Shown in pieces: positions 55,057 through 64,000 of a DNA stretch of 64,000 nt (position 1 is the stretch's first letter; every line of letters starts with the position of its first letter). The stretch lies in assembly GCF_009914755.1 (NCBI RefSeq), contig NC_060934.1; one strand, given 5' to 3'. The stretch comes from the human T2T-CHM13v2.0 reference genome, Homo sapiens. Under the pieces are notes generated by a model. That model saw nothing but the letters and a program-made list of their open reading frames with translations. It ran no database searches and was not told where the DNA came from. A program made the translations under genes and the position numbers.

Positions 55057-55318
<262 letters not shown>

Positions 55319-55639
55319 TCATTTGTTATGAAAGCAAGGAAAGATATTTACCAATGATGAGTGAATTAAAACATGTTTTATTTCAGTGGCCAAAAAAAAT
55401 GTGTCCAGGAAAAAACAAACTTGTCTAAGATTTTAGCCTTTTGGTGAGAGCAGCTGCTCAGAGTTGACACTGGGAGCAACATCAGTAGTCAACTAATAAC
55501 AAGGCACATGATTCTGAGTGGCTTTCCTTGGCTCCTGATAAGCAGACAGATGTTCCCAACACTGCTCAGTTGTTGTTTATGGAAAGGGTCAATGCTGAGT
55601 TTGAAGTGACTGAAAAACCAAACCTCTATGAATAGTCTT

Positions 55640-55993
55640 TGATATGGTTTGGCTATGTCCCCATTCAATTCTCAACTTGAATTGTATCTCCCAGAATTCC
55701 CAAGTGTTGTGGGAGGGACCCAGAAGGAGTTAACTGAATCATGGGAGCTGGTCTTCCCTGTGCTATTCTCACGATAGTGAATAAGTCTCACGAGATCTGA
55801 TGGGTTTATCAGGGGTTTCCACTTTTGCTTCTTCCTCATTTTCTCTTGCTGCCACCATGTAAGAAGTGCCTTTCGCCTCCCACCATGATTCTGAGACCTC
55901 CCCAGCAATGTGGAACTGTAAGTCCAATTAAACCTCTTTTTCTTCCCAGTGTTGGGTATGTCTTTATCAGCTGCTTGAAAATGGACTAATACA
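55640..55993 (+). mobile_element. THE1A MaLR solo LTR
   Basis: TGATATGGTTTGGCT...GGACTAATACA with THE1A-type gggtttatcaggggtttcc; TSD gtctt at 55635-55639 and 55994-55998. Confidence 0.93.
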
Positions 55994-56970
55994 GTCTTCA
56001 TGGAACAATTACAGACAAGAGCATTTTCAAAGTCGTGTAGAAACACTGATTCAATACAACCTGCAGTGAAATCTGCTAAGATGTGTCATAGCTGACAGTG
56101 ATAAAAATACATGTGGAATAGAAAAAGGCTGAGCTGAACAAATTTACAAAGCTCATGAGAAAATAGTGTTTAAAGCCGGGAAGTGTTCATCATATTACTC
56201 AACAGCAGCTACTCTGTGAAAGTATTTGAATCTATTATGTGTTATTGATCCAGCAGTGTCAACAGTGACCTTCATTCACTCTTGTAAACTGGACCATCAA
56301 TTCTGTGAATTTTTGTCAGAAACAGAAGCTGAATATATCCTGATGTCCTACCACACAGCAGTTCCATGGCTTAACAGTTATATTATGAATTTTTGAGCTC
56401 AGGGTCAAGATTTAACTTTTTATTGTGTAAATTGAAGATGCATATAATGTTTTGATATATATAGTGAATGCTTACCACAGGTAAGCAATTTCAATATCCA
56501 TCATCTTAGACAGTTACTTTTGTATGGTAAGAGCACCTAAAATCTACTCTCTTAAAAATTTTCCAGTACACAATACAATCTTATTGGCTATCATCCTCAT
56601 GCTGTACTTTAGATCTCTACATTTATTCATACTACACAATTGCAATTTTGTACATTTTGACCTACATCTCCTCATTCTTCTTCCAGGCCTACCCCCACTC
56701 CACCTCTTGGTAACCACTGTTCTATTCTCTCTTTTTATGTATTCAACATTTTTTTTTTAAGATTTCTACATAGACAGCATGTGGTATTTTTCTTTTGATG
56801 TCTGGTTTATTTCACTTAACATCATGTCCTTCAGTTTCATCCATGTCATCACAAATGGCAGGACCTACTTCTTTCTTAAAGCTGAATAATATTCTTTTAT
56901 ATATACATATATGTGATACATATATGTGAGATATATATATACAAGATATACATGAGAAATACATCTTACG

Positions 56971-57250
56971 TTTTTTCAAGACAGGGTCTTGCTCTGTCAC
57001 CCAGGTGGGAGTGCAGTGGCACTGCCTCAACCTCCAGGGCTCAATTAATCCTCCCACCTCAGCTTCCTGAGTAGCTGGGACCACAGGTGCATGCCATCAT
57101 CATCATGCCTGGATAATTTATACATTTTTTCTAGAGATGAGGTCTCCCTATGTTGCCCAAGCTGGTCTCGAACTCTGGACCTCAAGTGATCCTCAGGCCT
57201 CGGCCTCCCAAAGTACTGGGATTACAGGTGTGAGCCACTGTGATCAGCTC
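56971..57250 (-). mobile_element. AluJ
   Basis: J-type Alu with a small internal deletion. Confidence 0.88.
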
Positions 57251-57496
57251 ACAATTTCTTTATCCAGTCATCCACTGACAGACATTTATGTTGTTTCCAA
57301 ATCTTGGCTATTGTAAATAATGCTGCAATGGACATGGGAGTGCAAGTAGTCTCTATAAGGTGCTGGTTTCATTTCCTTTGAATATATACTGAGAAGAGGA
57401 ATTACTGGGTCATATGGTAGCTTTTAATTTTTTGAAATACACCCATACCATTTTGCATAATGGCTGCGCCAATTTGTATTCCCATCAACAGTGTAG

Positions 57497-58280
<784 letters not shown>

Positions 58281-58373
58281 TTACTTGTCACTTTTGATAA
58301 TATACCTGTTGGCCACTTTTATATCTTCCTTGGAGAAATGTCTATTTAGGTCCTTTGCCCATTTTTTAATTGG

Positions 58374-58410
<37 letters not shown>

Positions 58411-60000
58411 ATTGAGTTTGCATTCCTTATATATTTTGGAGATTAACTCCTTATCAGACCTTATCAGATATATGGTTCACAAATATCTTCTCCCAATCCA
58501 TAGGCTGCCTTTTTGTTTTGCTGATTGTTTGCTGTGCAAGAGCATTTTAGTTTGACCTAGTCCCATTTGTTTAGGTTTGCTTTTATTGCCTGTGCTTTTG
58601 GTGTCATACCCAAAAAATTATTGCCAAGACCAATGTCAAGGAGCTTTTTCTACATTATGTTTTCTTCCGGGAGTTTTACAGTTTCAGGTCTTCCATTTAG
58701 GTCTTTAATCTATTTTGAACTGATTTTTGTGTATGGTGGAAGACAAGGATCCAGTTTCATTCTTTTGCATGTGGATATCCAGTTGTCCCAACACCGTTCA
58801 TTGAAGAGACTATCCTTTTCCCTTTGTGTTTTCTTGCAGGGCTTGTCAAAAATTAGTTGACCGTATATACTTGGGCTTATTCCTGGGTTCTCTATTCTGT
58901 TCCACTGGTCTATGTGTCTGTTTTTATGCCAATACCATACTGTTGTAATTACTATGGCTTTGTAATATAATTCTGGATCAAGTAATTTGATAGTTCCAAC
59001 TTCGTTTTTCTTTCTTAGGATTGCTTTGGCTATTCAGGGTCTTTTGTACTTCCATACAAATTTTAGAATTGGGTTTTTCTGTTTCTGTGAAGAATGCCAT
59101 TGGAATTTTGATAGGGATTGAGATGAATCTGCAGATTACTTTAGGTAGTATAGACATTTTAACAATACTAACTCTTCTGATATATGAACACAAGATATCT
59201 TTCCATTTATTTGTGTCTTCCTCAATTTTTTGCATTAGTGTTTTACAGTTTTCAAGGTATAGATGTTTCACCTCCTTGGTTACATTTATTCCTACGTATA
59301 TTATTCTTTTTGAAGCTATTATAAATAAGATTGTTTTCTTGGTTTCTTTTTCGAGTAAGTTATTGGTAAACAGGATTTAAATTTTTCTTAATGAGAAGAA
59401 ATACTCCCAACCACTATTATCAAACATTAAATGGCTTTGGAAATTAGCTTTGGCTGCAGACTTGATAATGTTTCTTAATTCATTTTAAAATTACATGGCA
59501 AAACATCACTCATATGTAAAACTTACACTGCAGTAAACTCACTTCAACAACAGCTCATGTTGTTTGAATCACAAGTAACGTAAAGCTGCTTTATACACGT
59601 CCAGTGCTGTCAAAACTAGAACAGGATATTAGATCTCCGTTCCCAAACAAATTGTCAGTGGATGTATTTTCCAACCTCGAACTACAATTCCAGAGTGTTT
59701 GTAAGGCCTCAACGTAAGTGCAAAGGAAATTTCCATATTCTGAAATCCATTTAACTATGCAATTAAGAAGCTTCCATCAACCTTCAGTTGGAAGTGGCTA
59801 TTCTACAAAGTAATGCATGCTAAAAGGCAAACAGCAAGAGAAAAACAAAATTCTAGAAATACCTTCTAAGGAATGAATATGCTTAATTTAAATTATACAC
59901 ACATAGACTGATAGCAACTTTTGACAGTAACTATGTAAAAAGACATTTTCAAGGATGAAATGCATAAAACCTCATTACAGATCAGCATTAGCAGATAAAC

Positions 60001-60293
60001 TTTTTTTTTTTGAGGCGGAGTCTCGCTCTGTCGCCCAGGCTGGACTGCAGTGGCGCGATCTCGGCTCACTGCAAGCTCCGCCTCCTGGGTTCGCGCCATT
60101 CTTCCCCCTCAGTCTCCTGAGTAGCTGGGACTACAGGAGCCCACCACCACGCCCGGCTAATTTTTTGTATTTTTAGTAGAGACGGGGTTTCACCGCGTTC
60201 GCCAGGATGGTCTCGATCTCCTGACCCTGTGATCCGCCCGCCTCGGCCTCCCAAAGTGCTGGGATTACAGGCGTGAGCCACCGCGCCCGGCCC
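60001..60293 (-). mobile_element. CpG-rich AluY
   Basis: TSD gcagataaa; most CpGs retained. Confidence 0.95.
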
Positions 60294-61899
60294 GCAGATA
60301 AATATTTTAAAATAGATTTTGATGATAGACCACACTAACGCTGAACTTCAACCAAGTGAAATGTTATCTTTTAAAAACTTTTTTAAATTCTCAATAGTAA
60401 ACCTATCTAATAAAAAATTTATATTCAGTGATTATTATTTGAATTTCATCAATAAAACATTTGCAAAAATTCATTTTCTCTCTTGTTATTCCTACATAAT
60501 ATGCCATAATGCCTTCATAATATCATCAAATTTGCCTCTTGGCCTGTAAAGCATAAAATGTCTACTATCTGACAATGCATTCTAAAATAATAAATTTTTA
60601 CAAGTAAAGATATAATAAAGTGCTTGATATTTTATTTGCAAAAGCTTTTAAAGGTAATTTCTTAGTATTCCTATATTATCACTACTAAGATAAAAGTGAT
60701 GGGGTAGGTAGCTGAAACGCAGAAACAGTTTCAATCAACTTTCAGACATTGGTAGAGGAAGTTAAATAACTCCAATCTCTCAACAATAATGCAAAGTGTA
60801 TTTGTTAAATAACAGTCAGATTGATCAAAACAACCAGCTTCTTGACATTTTCAAGAAACTTCCAAAACCTAATCCCCTTCCTCACACATGAGCAAAACCA
60901 CTGAAAGCCATTCAAAACAAATAAACAAAAAAGCTCTTACTTCAAAACTAAGCTCTTACATAGAAAATGGCAATAAAAATACTTCCCTGTTCACAAAAAA
61001 CTAGGCTTGTGGAGAGTGCCTAAAATATCAAGGAATTTCAAGTCAGTGGTACTGACTATGAGGACAACTGCTTTTGCAACCAGCAAGGAAATAACCAGAG
61101 TTCCCAACCTCCAGCTTACATGACTCAGAAGGCACCCAGAGGCCTCTCTGTTTTTCTTCATCTCAGCCACACTCTCTCAAGCCTTTCTCTGTTGATCGAT
61201 CTCTCCTATCTATTTCTGCACACCAATCCACTCCGCTAACTGGCCATAACATCTCCTGTATAATATTATTTTCTCTTCCGCCCTACTACAATACTTAGGA
61301 TTCAATGCACAGTGGATTAGTTCATACCGGTCAACATAATATGGCTAGAGAAACTTGTTATTGCTAGTATTGCCAAATTATGCATAAGTAGGATAAAGTA
61401 GTCGAGCCGAAGAGAGTTATGTATCTCCCACTTACGATGTAATTGCCTAGGGGAAGGAGAACCTCTGGGAATTCTCTTATTTTTGATAGACAGGAACAGA
61501 TACCAGCTATAGGAGCTGTAAGAGGAAGGATGGCTCCTCATCCACAGTTGTGGCTGCTGCAGGAAGCACCTGGCCTGTTTGGATGACAGTTGACACCCAA
61601 CTCAACACTTTTTAACCTCCCTTCAAGAATAAGCCAATGACTGAAAATGAAGACTCAGAAGGAGTAGAGTTTTCAACAGCCCTATCCTTCTAAGGGGCCT
61701 GCAGTTTTCTACCTCAATATCAGGGATAGGAGGTTAGTCAGAGAAGCTATTTGCCAGGTCTATATTTTTCTTTCTATCCACATACTCAAATAATAGGCTT
61801 CTTTCCCCTTTTTAAATATGTAAATTTGAGTCAAGACTCTGGGGTTAAGTATTATCTGGTAGAACTATGGAAGTGGCTTAAATTTAGCTTAGAAGCTCT

Positions 61900-62780
61900 C
61901 TATAAATTAAATCAGTCCAGAAGCCATTCTGGAACTTTCCTCTCTCCAGCTTGTACTCCATGACCCATCCCTTCAACAATTCCCTTACCAATATCTTCAG
62001 CTCCCTAATCATGCTACCCCAATCCTGCTTCAATTAAAAGGTCTGCCTGCTCCACTTCTTCACTCAGACATCTGGGCCCAAGTGAAGAGAATCACATCAT
62101 CACATAACCAAATCAAATGGCACGATTATCAGTACTTGATCTTCAACTGCTACCAAGTAATGCTAAATTATATCCCTCAACTCTCTCTTCCATTCTCCAA
62201 AGCTGTCATTTCTAACTTCACCACTCTGCCCACACCTCCTACCTTACAACCTTGTTCTTAGCAAGTGAACATGGTGCCTACTTCATAAAGAAGACAGAAA
62301 CAGTTGTACGCAGAAGGTGCTTCCACCAACACCATTCTCTCCTCTTTCCCTTGATTATAATCAAAGAAGTGCCTTCTCCCTGCCCAACCTATGATCCAGG
62401 CCCATTTCCTCTCATCTCCATGGTGAGCTGACCCTACGAATCATCCACTCTATTTCCTAATGTCACCCACTCACTCCTCCACTACTGTGCTCTTAAATCA
62501 AAACAAACACAAAAACATCTCTCCTTGCTATCAAAATCTCCTTGAAAGCATTGCCTACATTTTCCACCTCCCCTGCCTAAGTCCACCCACCCCCACCACT
62601 CCATCCACACTGTTCCCGCCAAATTACGGTGGCCTCTCATGAACACTTTTCCATTCAGCAATAGATATGGTTGACCACTCAGATCTCACCAAAACAGTCT
62701 TTCCCTTTGCCTTCTGTGACAGCACACTCTGTATTTTCCTCTTACCTGGAGGTATGGCATCTTTTGTATCAGCAACAACA
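61900..62780 (+). mobile_element. L2 LINE fragments
   Basis: C/T-rich diverged L2 ORF2-like text. Confidence 0.45.
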
Positions 62781-63002
62781 GTGTGGAAAGGAATGTGTAT
62801 ATGTGTATACAAGAATGCACTCAGGAAAACTCATGGCTGCTGCTTCTCCAGCAAAGAAGACACACACATCCATAAAGATGAAGATATTAGGAAGCCATAT
62901 CTAAATAACTGGAGCTGGGAAGTTTATCAACATTTAGGCTGTGCCATGCTGAGGTTGGCATCGTTAATTCCAGTCCCCTCTGAACTCTCCTACTTGCCTC
63001 AC

Positions 63003-63104
63003 CTGCTGAAGTAAGAGCTCCTCTGCTTTGAGCCTCTCCATCATTTCCTGCTCCATCAGAGCTAATTCTCTTTCACGCTCCAGCTTGGCCATTTCCTTTT
63101 GTCT
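63003..63104 (-). CDS. DYDC1: DYDC1 coding exon 2 (RQKEMAKLERERELALMEQEMMERLKAEELLLQQ)
   Basis: tgctag|AGA...CAG|gtgagg; 102 nt. Confidence 0.95.
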
Positions 63105-63556
63105 CTAGCATTGTTTAAAAACAACAGCACACGACTTCTTAGCGAGAAAGCAATTTGTAAAAGCAATCTTGAAAGCACTTAATAGGAACAATTAGGGAAA
63201 GTGTTAAGCAAATTATAGCCCATCCCTGTGGAAATGATATAATAATTTGGGAAGATATTTTATCTGAATAATGAGCACAATATTAAAGTTATACATTGTG
63301 TATGATCACAAGTACATAAACGTAAATCTATAAATCTATAGAAAAAAGACTTCCCATGAAAGGAATTACCTAAAAATCTAAATAGAAGTCTTCTTTGGGT
63401 AATGTTTTCTCCTTCCTGCTTTTCATGTTGTTCAAGTTTTTGTATAATAAACATTATTTTTATAACAGAAAAATAATAATGTTAAACTTTTTTAAAAGCA
63501 GACAAGTTGGACCAGTTTTTTTTCTTCTAATTTCCTAGAAGGAGATTCCTACTTAC

Positions 63557-63703
63557 CAGTTGTTCCATGGTCACATTTTCCTTATACTTGTAAATCCACA
63601 ATGCTAAATATTCTATCGGATCCACTGGGCGAACTCTTGCCACTTCTGCAAGACCTTGAGTTAAACAGGCCCCAAGGTGCTTTTGAAGATATATTGACTC
63701 CAT
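63557..63703 (-). CDS. DYDC1: DYDC1 first coding exon, Dpy-30 motif ([49 protein letters not shown])
   Basis: Acceptor ttttag|GAGTTAGAA ATG (exon starts 63712), donor CTG|gtaagt. [21 protein letters not shown] is the Dpy-30 signature. The six exons sum to 177 aa. The non-coding first exon lies right of this exon and was not located. Confidence 0.96.
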
Positions 63704-64000
63704 TTCTAACTCCTAAAAAGTAAGTGTTTTTGCATTACTGCAGGATATTTTCAATAAAGTCACTATAAAACTAAAGTCCAGTGAGGTGAACAAAGCCTTA
63801 CATACACCCTGCCCTCAGTCATGGACACCTCCCATTGGGGGTGTCACAAGCAAGCTGGCCCCAGGAAACTTCTAATAGTTTCCAAAAGGGCTCCAAGGAA
63901 GTCACTACAACTAACATGGTTTCAAAATCCTGAAGGACTCTCAAGTCCAAGAGTCAGAAAAGAGATATTATCATTATTGATTCCAAGTTTACTTGATGCC

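Noticed and set aside
62460-63014. Plus-strand ORFs as DYDC2 coding exons
   Set aside because: No Dpy-30 similarity, and they are largely L2-derived or intronic. DYDC2 coding sequence was not found in this window.

Overview
Primate (very probably human, 10q22-q23) genomic DNA running from MAT1A to DYDC1. The left end holds MAT1A coding exon 1 (minus strand, MNGPVDGLCDHSLSEGVFMFTSESVGEGHP), its 5'UTR and a liver-type promoter. The right end holds all six coding exons of DYDC1 (minus strand, 177 aa, Dpy-30 motif plus coiled coil), none of which appear in the supplied ORF track. The ~46 kb between them is mostly transposon-derived. It includes an ~18 kb nest in which an old L1MB-type element hosts a MER4A LTR, a processed ZNF519-like KRAB zinc-finger pseudogene, several Alus and a full-length, dead L1PA. 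A solo LTR12, MaLR LTRs, and L1M/L2/MIR/MER5 fragments follow. DYDC1's longest intron in the window holds a fossil autonomous Cheshire (hAT) transposon interrupted by THE1A, an L1MA and Alus. I see no CRISPR array, RNA gene or novel multi-gene system. The best leads are a 94-bp locally templated insertion inside an Alu, a THE1A LTR with a DUX4 motif and splice donors pointing antisense through DYDC1 (toward DYDC2), a possible alternative spliced MAT1A leader, the solo LTR12 promoter and a collapsed inverted Alu pair. Repeat subfamily names and gene identities come from recalled sequences; repeat boundaries without TSDs are approximate.
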